From Klebsormidium nitens (lineage: Eukaryota > Plantae > Klebsormidiophyceae), in assembly GCA_000708835.1 (NCBI GenBank), contig DF237508.1, positions 1 through 58,206 on the forward strand: a stretch of DNA of 58,206 bases, written 5' to 3'. Positions 10,501 through 22,500 of the stretch are shown piece after piece. The position numbers were made by a program, and so were the translations under genes. Under the pieces are notes generated by a model. That model saw only the letters and a program-made list of their open reading frames with translations, made no database searches and had not been told where the DNA came from. Numbering within the stretch: the stretch's first letter is position 1; each line of letters opens with the position of its first letter.

Positions 10501-13500
10501 GTCCAGCACCAAGAACCACCCGAGCGGGACGGTGACGTCATCTCCGTCAGCCGGGGGAGTGCCCGGGGCGGTGCCGTTGCCCCACGTGAGCGGGTCCGAC
10601 CAGAAGAGCGTTCCGTTCCGGTAGTCCGCCAGGCGGCGCGGGAGAGGACAGCCGGCGTCAGGACACATGTACCTGTGGATGAAAGAAAGCTGAATCACTA
10701 AGCCCTTTTGCGTCCTCATATCATCGCAACGCAGCTCACCAAAAGAAGTGCATTGAATTCCGCATCCGAAACTCTCACGAGCTTTGGAAACGCTTCAGCA
10801 GATGCGCGAAGCAAATGAATGCTAAACAAGTTCCGGGCTCGAACGAAGTTCCTCGGGGTACATCCGTCTAGGCGACTTTATGTTTTGTATCCAGGGGTCT
10901 GAGCTTTGCCTTTGAAACGGCATTCCTAATGCTTTCCAAAACGTCCCAAAAGGGAAGCTTACCTGTTCATCTGTAGGTCGGTGCTCGTATTACCAACCAG
11001 CAGGATTGTGTGCGTGGTGTCATTGGTTATGTAATGCACGGTCTTGTTGAAGTAATGCGACCCGTGGGGGTCCGCACTGAGGGGCAGCGGGGGGCGGTCG
11101 AGTGCAGGGACGTTTGCGCTTCCGGGGAGAGCTTGCACGTAAAAGTGGTCGGGAGTAACCATCTGCGAACGGAGAGTTTTTGAATTTAGCATTCGATTAT
11201 TCGAATTTGAAACTTGAAATCTTAAATTCTCAAAAGCTTGAAAAGTGGTCAGGTTTCTCTCGCAAAGGGAAAACTATGGTTGGAGTTAATGCGGGGAATC
11301 TGGACCGAGGCACTCAGCGTTTGACGACAAACAAAGAGATGTTTATCCGCAGTGATGATTGTTGCTGACCTCTCATTTGAAGCCTGGAGAAGGTGGAATG
11401 AGATAATCTTTGCTTCCGTCACAGGCAAGCATTGGAACGAATCAATCATCATTCTCTTAGAAAACGTATGTCGCGATTGACTGCAAAGAACCGAGCGAAG
11501 GATCCGTCCGGTTAGAATCATAAAGACAACACAAGGAGACAGCAGTTTCAGCTTTCAAACTGGAACTCTCCTTACCTGCTTGGAGTGCAGAAACACCCAG
11601 TCCGCCGCGCGCGCGGTTTCCGGGTGCAGCTGGAATCCAGACGGATCCACCCGGTACGGCAGGTCCCACGATACCCTATAGTCCCGGCCGCTTATGGCCG
11701 CGAACTGATACCCTATGTTATTCTCCTTGGAGAAAGGCACGCGGCTGGTTCCGCTGGTTCCATTGGTTCCGCTGGTAGCGTTGATTCCGCTGACCAGGAG
11801 CGGCGCGTAGAAGATCGAGTTGGTGCCCTGGTCCGGGGTATGGCGGTTCAGCGCGATCCGGCGGAATACCAGACCGGGAGCGCAGACCTGGGCGGAAACG
11901 GAAGAATGCGTGTGAGCGGTTGCCTGGATAACTGCACATGACTGGGTTTGATTGTACCGAAGGCTCAAGGAAGACAGAGAGCCTCTGAAGACGCCCGGCG
12001 TCTGGGCTCTCGTAACTGCGTTTCCGCTAACCCCCGGAAGCAGCTCCGTGCGCCCCCCCGGCGGGAGTTTGAATGGAATCAGGTCTGTGACTGTCTGAGC
12101 AAAGGCGCACGGAACGCTCCCGCACTTCGTCGTCCGGAAATACTGGCAATGCTCCAACACGTCGGGGAAAAGAAACGCATCCCTTCCTTTCACAGCGAAA
12201 CTGGCCGGCCTTTCGGCTTCTTGCCCCATCCGCCTGCGGAAGACATCTGGAGAGGTTCACATCTGCAATTGTGCTTGGAGCTTCGACATCATTGTCGAGT
12301 GTTCTGGTTATGGCGGCTCCGCTCTATGGTTCAAAACCGATGATTTAGAAAAGCTTGCCCGCCGACGATACGGAACGCCGTCCGCATTCGGACGGGTCCA
12401 CCAGTCCGTCGTCCCGGGCGCTAATAGCCCTCGCACCATTTGCAATTCATCAACTCCTGCGGACGTACTCAGTCACAAACAGTACGCTCTTTTCTTCGAG
12501 GGAAAAGCAAGGGGATAGAAAGGCAAGACGCGCACCTGGCCTCCGACGACCCCCCAGCCGTCCGCCAATCGGACGGGTCCGCAACCTGTGGACGCGTCCG
12601 AACTTGTCCCCGCAAGTCAGAGTCAACCAAATCTAGAACCCCTAACCTATAAACCCTAAAAGTTAAATCTCTTCAAATTGCTCACCTGCCCACCAACGAC
12701 CCCCGGCAGCCGTCCGCATTCGGACGGGTCCAGCAGTCCGTCGTCCGCAACCATGGACGCGTCCGCGGCGCCGGTGAGGGAGCCGTCCGTGTCCACGAAC
12801 ACGCCCTCGTGCACGTACAGCCAACGAACTAGGTTGGGGGAATTCACGAAGCGGAGCGACGAGAAGTAGGTCGACCAGCCGCCCTGGAAGAATGCCCACA
12901 CGTTCTAGTTATTTGCATTGATTCCTCGAATAGTCACAAGAAGGTCAAATTGACATACTGGAACGGGTGGGGTTAGTAAGGGGGTTTAGAGTGGCAGGGC
13001 ACGGTTGCGAAGCAGGAAAAGTGTTCGGGCTTAGGGTTTTCTGTTAGCTTCGTCCGTTTGTGATTTGAGCTCATTCAAATAGGTCGGTCAGTCGCCTTGC
13101 AAGTAGACTCGCGGCTCCCGTTCTCAGACCTCGAGAAGGATGGATAGATTCAGTCGAGTCTGGTTCCTTGATGCAGCCGTACGTTTGGAGTTTCAACCGC
13201 ACTATCTTCCCAAGCACCGTCTTTCGCGCAATCCCATTTGAGCTGCTCCGACTCGCCAAGGAGCGGTTGTATGGAAGGCCTGCCAATTAGCAAGCCTTTC
13301 CTAGTGTTGCCTGAAAGAAAGTCTTAGAAACTTCGGTTTACGAAGGGTCCGGACAAGGAAGAATCTTCCAGGACTTCACTGAGTTACGCTAGGAGGGGTC
13401 TTACCTGCTGGAATTTGCACTTGGCGCAGGGCTCCAAAGCGTACGTGTTATTGTACTTAAAGTTGACGAAAGTGACGTTATTGACACGGAGAGCGCTGCT

Positions 13501-16500
13501 GACGGTTTGCGTCAGCACCCCGCGGAGGTCCCGGCCACTTGGCCAGGCCGCGTTTGGGTCGCTCTTGGCGACGATGAGTGCCCGGTTGATACGGGCGGGG
13601 TTGGACGGTACGGACCAGACTTGGCTGCACATGAGAAGCAGGCACTGGAGTGTTTTGGCACGTAAACAGGGATGGTTACGGGCTGCTTTTAGACTGGTTA
13701 GGAACTGGTTATCTTTCCTAAAAAGCAGACTTGATGGGCCATAACCAGCCTTGGAACAAGGTAAAAACCTTGTTGACTTTCCAATAACCTGAAAGTAAAC
13801 TCTGGCAATCAGCATCGTTCGGAGCCACAACTTCTTGGGGACATGCTTTTGGAAGATGCAGAGAAGCAATGGAGCAGAATTGTTTTACGGAGAAGTTAGA
13901 ACGTGGGGGGAGTCCAGCATTATGGAGAACGCAAAGGAAACTTTGCGGCGACGGAGGAACTAAGACGCACATTTGCGAAGAGTGCATCCAGAATATCCTG
14001 GTGTAAGATCGCCTAACTTGGAAACTGAGAGTATGGAAGGAAGCTAATCGAAGCACAAAGGGGCCGCTATGCACAGGGGTCTGCAATGCGTTTCTGGTGG
14101 TATCGTTGACTCCTTTCGTCTTCGTCCCAAAAAACAGCAGTTTGATGCGCTTACGCTATTTCAATTCCGCCCGCGTGATCCTTTCCGGCCACGATGCTAG
14201 CCTCCGGCCCGCCTCCGTTGTCGACGAGTTTGAAGTCCTCAAAGTAGAGAACGCCCACTTGCGTCGCGATCGAGCCCTTCATGCCGTTGGAATACGACGT
14301 GAAGTTTTGGAAGACCTGCATTTGAAGGTCAGTTTCAGGATGACGGGGCTTTGATTTTTTTGGCTGTTTTTGGAATGCCTCCTTTGTCGACCAGCTTGAC
14401 TGAGATCTTCAGAATAGAGGACGCCGAGGGGGAGTAAGAGCGCGGGACGAGAAGGATTGAACACTGCCCCTACACCTTCTTCAGCATCTCCTTCAGCGCT
14501 CGCTCCTTGTTCTACATGCGGGCTTCCTTCATAGAAATCGTTCGTTTCCGCATGTTCTATTTTCAGTTTCTGCAGCTTCTGGCTCGAGCACACTAAATTG
14601 TTTGTTCCTATGCAGCTTCGTGTTAGAGCGGCTTTATAGAACAGGGCCGGGGGGCATTTGTAAAGATCGTGTAGGAAGCAAGACCAGAATCCCCGATCGC
14701 TCACCGCCGTCGCCGGGGGACTGTAGTAGTTGCAGGGCTGCGTGAGGGGGTAGTACTCAGGGAAGATCCGCAGGCCGTATTTGTTGTTGCTGTGCGCGGT
14801 GTTGTCGCGAAACGCTCCGAGGGGAGTGCGCTTGGGGCAAACATTGGTAGTGTAGGACGGGCCGGTCGGGTGGTCCTCGGGATTGTACCTGGGCGGAAAA
14901 CGGAACCGGTTAGATGACCAGGGGGATCAACCGGGGAAAGATAATACGCGCCTTCATCGCAAAATAACTTTGAGGGTAGTGCGCTTGGGGCAAAATGTTC
15001 GAAGTGAAGGACGGGCAGGTAGGATCATTCTCCGGGTTGTACCTGGGCGGCAAACGGAACCGGTTAGATGACAAAAAAATCAACCGGGGGGAGACTTAAC
15101 CCGGTGTTACCGCAGAAACGCTCCAAGGGGAGTGCGCTTCGGGCAGACGTTCGGAGTGTAGGACGGGCCGGTCGGGTGGTCATCCGGGTTGTACCTGGCG
15201 GAAAATGGAAGCGATTCGATAGCCCAAGAATTCCGAAGGGGGGCCTTTTAATTAATTCCGCGTTAAAAGGCTCTAAAGGGAGTGCGCTGGGGGCAAACGT
15301 TCGGAGTGTACGACGGCCCCGTCGGGTAGTCCTCCGGGTTGTACCTGGGGGGAATATGAAACCGATTGAATGACCGGAGAGTTTCAACCAGGGGAGGGAG
15401 CATTACACGGTGTGACCGCAAACACGCTACGACTGGTGTGCGCTCGGGGGCAGATGTCCAGAGGGGTCCTCGGGGTTGTACCTGGGCGGTAAAAAGAAAG
15501 CGGTGAGATGACCGGGGGGGATATCAAAAGCTGTGAGATGGCCAGGGGGATTCACCAGGGGGGAATGTGCGCGGTGTCATTCGCAAAACCGCCCCGAGCG
15601 GCGTGCGCTATGGCACACTTTTTGGAGTGCAGGACGGGCCGGTCGGATTGTACTCGGGAGGGAAATTGGGCGGATAGAGAAGAACTGCTGTGAGATGGCC
15701 TGGAAGATTACCGGGGGGTAAGAAATTGTGAAAGTGAGAGGCACAAATTGCCCGGTCGGCCTGTCCGCTGTACTGGGGTGGGGACGAGCGCGGCGGCAAA
15801 GTCAAGGACATCCAAATCTTTTGGGAGGTCGTTCGAGAAAACGAACATCTTTTCAGATTCGAATAAGTGGTGCCCGCTGATAGCCTCAACTCGGAGTCCG
15901 ACCGCTTTTTGCCATCCAATGAAAAGGAGCACCCGCCAGATACAGCATCAAGTCAGCACAGCCCCAGCCTAGCAAGTGCACTCCACCCTCCGCCCTCACA
16001 GCCTCTAAATCAAAAGACTGAGAATAGAACCGAGGAACAAATTTAGTATGCATCTGTGGTGGAAAGTTTCTGACCAGTAGCCGTAGCCCTCGGAGCCGGC
16101 CGCGGTGTTGCCGACGAGGAAGTTGTTGGGGTTTGTGACCCAGAAGGTGGCGGGCGTTGTGTCCGTCTGGAGCAGCGAGAACGATTTGCGCGTCAACGCG
16201 CCCAGGTTGCCGAAGATCGCGTTGTTCTGCTCGATGCCGTCCTGCGGAACAGAACGGAACGGAACGCGTGAGAGCGGGACGGAACGCGTGAGAGCGAAAT
16301 AGGCGGGTTTTTCGAGCAGCAACATCGACTTGCGCGTCAACGCGCCCAGGTTGCCGAAGATCGCGTTGTCCTGCTCAATTCCGTCCTGCGGAACGGAGCG
16401 GAACGAAAAGCGTCAGAGCGGAACAAGCGGTTTATGGAGCAACGAGAACGATTTGCGCGTTCAGCGCGTGCCGAGGATTGCTTTGTTCTGCTCGATTTTG

Positions 16501-19500
16501 TCCTGCAGAGAGGAGCGGAACGAAACGTATAAGAGCGGAACCAGGGCTTTGAGACGGGGTGAGCAGCTGTGATAGACAGGAGCTGATCTAGAAGCCCAGA
16601 GAAGATTTAGAGGCGAACGAGTGCCGTTCTCAGTTCTTCCAGGCGACGCTTTTGACATTGATACAGCAATGAATGAGGGCATTAATATCAGTCCGGCGGA
16701 GAACTCTTTTCGGCAGACTCGGGGGTGAGGCGGGGATGCGCCGCAAGCGTGTTTGGTCGGCATTGCACAAAAAGACGTTTTTTTGTGTCCAAGAATTGTT
16801 CAGTCTGAACATTGAATACGTGTTTTAGACCCTCATCGCACGCAGAATCCGTAGTCACAAACGACTCTAGACCCGAAAGTGAACCTCAGTCGTGATGAGG
16901 AAGGTAATGGCAAGCTTCCGTTGCTTGGTAGTAAGATAGTTCCAGGACACGTGTCGTCACCTCGATGAAGAAGGCGTGGCCCATGTTGTTGAACGCCACG
17001 TTGTTGGAGACCTCCAGGTTGTTCACGCCGTGGATCGCGATTGCCCGGTTGAACGTGTCGTGAACCGAGCAGTTGCGGACGTACGATTGCGTCACGCGGC
17101 CAATCATGTGGAAGTGGATCGGGTAGCGCCCCAGGCGGAACGCTTGGCCTGCGAGGGGGCCGATTGAGAAGTTCGGAAAAAGATTACACCCAGAGCTTCC
17201 TTAGAACGATCGCGTTAAGCTTAACAAGGTTCACTCAGCGGGGTCAATAGGAGGATGTCAACTTTCATCTAGAGGCTCAGGAAAACTTTGACAGGTCTCA
17301 TTCAATATTGGCGCTTTGACAATTCGACTTCTTTGGGCAGAATAATTACATGCGAGACATATACGACAAAGGCTGTTGAGAATCTAATTTGAATATGTAG
17401 GGTCTGGTCGGGAGTGAAGAAGACGTCAGGCTGGCCAGACTGATTGTGGCATGCAGTCTTCGACAAGCTTTGAGAAAAGAAGCAGAAGCTCAATTTGCAT
17501 CCTCAGATGAAGGTTCGCGGTACTTGCAAGATACGGACACAATCATTTGACTTGCTTTCGGCTGCATTGATACGGCTCTGGACTGCTCTCGATAAGCCTT
17601 GGCAGATCAGACGGCTTTCACTTCCGAAAAGAAACGAACCAAACGTCGGCCCTCACCCGCGTTCCGAACCTCCACGTTCGCGAGCCGCGCCACCGCAGAA
17701 TCGTCCCCCGGACTGTGCACCATGATATGTGCGCCGTACATGTTCATTTCCCAGGGCCCATCTTCCGGGTTATTCGCTCCCTCGAACACCACGTTGCGGC
17801 TGAGAACGGCTACCTCGGCCCGCATGTCCACGACGTGCCCGTCGAAAACCCGGTACTCGCCATTGTGCTGGTTAGCCAAACGCCGGTCCAGGGTTAGCAC
17901 GGAACCGTTGTTTGCGACGGCAGTTACCACCGCGGTTTCGGCGTCCCTGGCGTCAAACGACGAGGAGGTTACCATAATCGTGTCGTTAACCCGCCAGTTT
18001 GTGGGCTCTTGCAGGACTAGCTGGTTAGTGCCTCGCAGGGCGGTTACCGCTAACCGCGTCCACGGCGGGCTTTTCGGCTGCCCGTGGATCTCTAGAGTTC
18101 CGTGCCGGTTTCCAAGAACCTTAGCGCCGTACACCGGAATTTCCGGGCAGTTCCGGTGACAGCGCAGGGTTATCCTCGCCCTCCCCGCAAACGGTTTCGC
18201 CTCGGTTCCAATTTGCACTTTTCCGCCTCTAACCATGATATAACTGGCGCTTAAATGGACTTCGTCTGGGGAACTGTCGTCGAACAAGAGGGATCCCTCT
18301 ACGATCAGCAGGTTCAGCAGCGGGGGAGAGACGTCTAGCAGAACCGTCTGTCCCGCCGGAAGTAGAACCGAGTCCCCAGCCACCGGGGGAGCCGTACCAC
18401 CCCAAGTACTGTTTCTACTCCAGAGATCGACGTACTGATACGTAACGGTCGTCTGGCTAGAATTGGCACCTCCAACCGCGGCGAAACCTTTTCCGTTGAC
18501 AAAGACGGTCAACGGTCCGGCGGAGCTAAGGTTATGGGCGCCGGTGAGGCACGTGAATTGGGCGTCCGAAAAACCGGACGCTTGCACGGCGCACGTGACG
18601 TCAGCGATGGTGACTGTGACGTTGGACGGGGCGGCGCCGAAGCCGGAGCCGGAGAGGGTCACGAGTGTGCCGCCGGCCTGCAGACGTCAACGAACTGTTG
18701 ATTCTTCGCGCAAAAGGGAGTTACTTCAGTAAAGATCTTTGAGACCCTGTAACTACTCGGACTTTTGAGACAATTTGCACGGAAAGCTTCTACTTTTAAC
18801 CAGTGTCCGCTCGAAGCCGTCTGCAAGACAGGAGGGCCACGATTGGCAAAACGGAGCACGTGCCTGCGTCGTCTCAGAGCTCAACGCTCTAGAACTGAGT
18901 GGTTTTCGAAAAAGTGAAGCTTACCGGCTCTCTTTACCTGTTTGGATCCAAAAACGATCTTACTGAAGTCTCAACACGTCTAGTTTGCAGTCCTTCAATA
19001 TTTTCCCGTGTACTTCGTCCACTTTCAATCTTCGTTCCTTTACGTAGCAAGCATCTGTCTTGGCAGCTCTTGTCGATTGTCGATGAGAGATGTGTTTATC
19101 TCGTACTTCGTCAGTCTCAAATATCGTTTATATACAGTAGACAATCGGCAGCCCGTGTCGACCGTCGATGTCGGAGTTGTCGAAGTTTCTCACCGTTGAT
19201 CCTCTGGTGGGGCTCACGGCCGCCAGCTGCGGCGTCAGATCCAGGCGGTACTCGAATGCGCCAAAAGCGGTGTTGTTGAAGTAGTACGCACCCATGGAAA
19301 CCTGAAAGTCATAGAACATCGTTTTAGGCTGATGACAGTGAAAGCTTGAAGAGATGCTGTCAAAGCACCGACCGGAGCGAGAAGTGTCAATCGCGACTTG
19401 CGTTTGGTGTCACTGTTTGGAAGCAGGGGCTTTGTCCTATGCAAGTAACACTGGACATTACCCCCCTCTTCAATCTTTTCAAGCAAAAACCAGATGCATA

Positions 19501-22500
19501 GTAAGGGCGGACGTTTTATTATATTCGTGCCAGAAGCTGCACAGAAGAAAATATTATACTGACGACCTGCGGGTTCCATTTAGGAAGGTCTACGGAATAG
19601 TCTCCAGCAGGGGTGGTCGTTGAAAAAGGAAGGGTCTTATGCTATCCTTATCGATGCTCATGTAGCGGGTTCGAGCACCAGCTAAAACCTGTTCGGCGTC
19701 GACCGGGCCAGTCATGAAGCGCCTGACTTCTGTGGCCCTTTGAAGTAACTTGAACGCGCACATTATTTGTAAATTTATCAGTTGCTACGGAGAATTTCTT
19801 CGGTGCCAAAGGCGTGTTTCGCACATACCTGGATTGGCCGCATGCCGGCTGCGGCCGCCCCGGTTAGGCAACTAACCCCAGTTACCGAACTGGTTAACAC
19901 CAAGCACCGGGCTCCTCCAATCACTATGCTGTAGTCCGTAATATTCGACGAGAAGCCGGTTCCGCTGATGGTCATTACTAACCCGCCTGCTAACCCTCCT
20001 TTCGTGGGCTGGACGCTGGTTACGGTTAGGGGAACGCTTAGGGTCGGGGTCCCGCTCGAGAGCCCTAACCCGACGGAATTGACGAACACGGGGTACGTGC
20101 CAGCTGGCAGCGCCGGAGCATTACACGTGGCAGCCGTTCCGTTTGCAAAGGTCAGCGGACAGGGCGCCTGTCCAATGAGCACGGACGTAACGTCCGAGAA
20201 GTTTGACAGATCGCTAACCGCGTTGGTTTGGGTAAACAGGGTACCGGTCAAGGTAACCAGGGTGCTCGTGGCAGGGGGGATTTGGGCAGGGTTAACGGAA
20301 CTGACTGCCGGAGTCAAGCTCGTGAGATAGCTGAACGCCTTAGGAAGTACGGTTGACGTTAACCCGATTTGTAACTTGCAATTAAGTTGCTGCGCGCTTC
20401 CCGGCTGAGTGACGCACCGCAACTGCTGGGCAGAGCTAGAGAGTACTTTGCAGCTTAACCCGCCGATAGACACCAGGTAATCGCCCGAGTTTGCGCTGAA
20501 ACCCAAACCCTGCACGGTTAGGACCGTGCCTCCGTACACCGAACCGTTCGCCGGGCTGACTGACGTCACTGCCAGAGCGTAGCTCAGAGTCAGTCCGCGT
20601 AAACCAGAAGCGTAACCCATCCCGTCAACGTTAACCTGGATCGGATAGGACCCGGCCGGGAGAACCGGGGCGGTGCACGTGATTGCTGACGTATTCCATG
20701 CGAGGATTTGACACGTGGCCTGCGCTAAGCTCTTAGGGCCCCCGATCAGAACGGTGACGTTGGCGAAAGCGTTGGCGTTCTGCAGGTTCTGCCCGGTTAG
20801 GGTTATGTTGGCTGACCCGTTTAGGTTAACGGGGGAGACTGACGTCACCAGGGGCGTTGCAGCTGCACAGAAAAGTGAAGAATTCAAGGTTCGGAGCCTC
20901 GTTGGGTCCATCGGAAGTGACTTGAAACTCTGTAGTAAGAACGCACGAGTCTGCTTTCAGTCTGCGATGGAAGACCTCATAAGGAGACAAAGAAGGGGGT
21001 CCAGCAACTGACATGTCTTTCCAATAAAAGTAAGCTCGAACAATAAAAGAGGAGATCAACTTTACTGCAGCGTCGAAGAGCAGACTGTTCATTTGAATGA
21101 GCCGCCAACTAGCGTAGGGAGAAGCACGGTTGTTGCGGTGCACCTACATTCACGAGGCTGCCGATAAGCGGGATGGGAGAGCGGCCAACTCAAAACTAGG
21201 AATCGCACGAACTACTGAGATTTGAGATCGAGGCGCACTAAAGATTAGAATCATTCCCTTACCCGCAGAGTAAGTGAAGGAGTATCCGTTTACAGTCGCC
21301 GGCAAGCCGTTTACTTGGACTTCGATGCCGACAGGAGTTTCTGGTGGAACTGAAGGACAAACAACGGAAAACGGAATTCAGAATACAAAGATGAGACTTC
21401 TAAGAAATAAAACGGCCGTCAGATTGTACGAGATCTGCAGTGGAGTCAGCGGGGCACAATCTTGAGCATTTAATAGAGTCTTCCCAAAGTCTCATGTGAT
21501 AAATGCGACTTGACCCTTTGCGATTGGTTTCTTGCTCGCATCGTGCTGCACAAAGGTATGAGCGAGAGCACATTACAAAAGCGGGCCTCCGTTCAGCGGA
21601 ATCTCGTCTTATGTTAGGCAGCTACAGTTAGATAACTTCATCGTTCCCATCTGAGATTACAAAGGCCTCGAGCAACCAAAACCCACGGAACCTTGGTTCC
21701 GTTTCCCTCACCGATGACGTAAGCGGACGCCGGAACGATCTGCTTGCTTATCCCGGGGCCCTGCCACCTCAATTCTAGACCCAGTCCGCCGTCGCCCTGG
21801 AAGTAGTCCACTCTAAAAGGTACGTAGTCCCCAGCGTAAAGATACGCGGAGCCGGGAACCTCTAGCATTCCGTGGTTGAAGTCGTTGTTCACAACCAGGA
21901 CCTCGTTTAGGTAGAGCAGCGACCCGTCGTCTGACGTCAGGAAGAACTGCAGCAGACGTTGAGGCATGGCGTCAGCAAGAGAAAGCCATTTGAAAGGCCG
22001 CGGAAGCAGGTCTCGTTTCTTAGCCTGGTGAGACACGCTCAGACGAAACTGTCGGCGCTTCTGCTGACATTGCAGAGCCCTTTGCAGGTGCCCATCTTTC
22101 TCGGCGGGCTCTTCTTGCTACTTTTGCACGTCCGCAAATCTGCTTCCGGCATTCCAAGTTCAAGCACTTCGGATCCTCGCACTAGTTTTTGCGGAAACCC
22201 AGAAGCGATGTAAGCTTCGTACTTCCAGATCTTCGGGCTCTCGCCTTGGTATATGCAGAAACCCAGAAGTGATTCAAGCTTCGTACTTCAAAGCTCGCCA
22301 GTCGAGCTGAATACAAGATCCGGAACGACCGTCAGCGATTCGCCGAAATGAAGTGCTCTCATTTTGGCAATCAGACACGCGAAGCAATCTCAGCCGTTCT
22401 CTTGACCTGTCTCTTATATATGAGGGGTATATGAGCCATTCACCAAGCTCCAACCTTCGCAGTACTCACCGTATAGTTGCCGGTCGTCGGCACGGCGATG

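Noticed and set aside
11745-11780. 9-bp tandem repeat (C/T)TGGTTCC(G/A)
   Set aside because: It is a coding repeat NATSGTNGTSGT (N-glycosylation sequons) inside exon 24, not an independent element.
14810-15790. CRISPR array or Dscam-like mutually exclusive exon cluster
   Set aside because: The units are copies of the adjacent exon head. There are no unique spacers or cas genes, and the copies lack the exon's 3' half and a donor, so they cannot be complete alternative exons.
19660-19690. GGTTCGA tRNA T-loop-like motif
   Set aside because: The flanks do not form a T-stem or cloverleaf.
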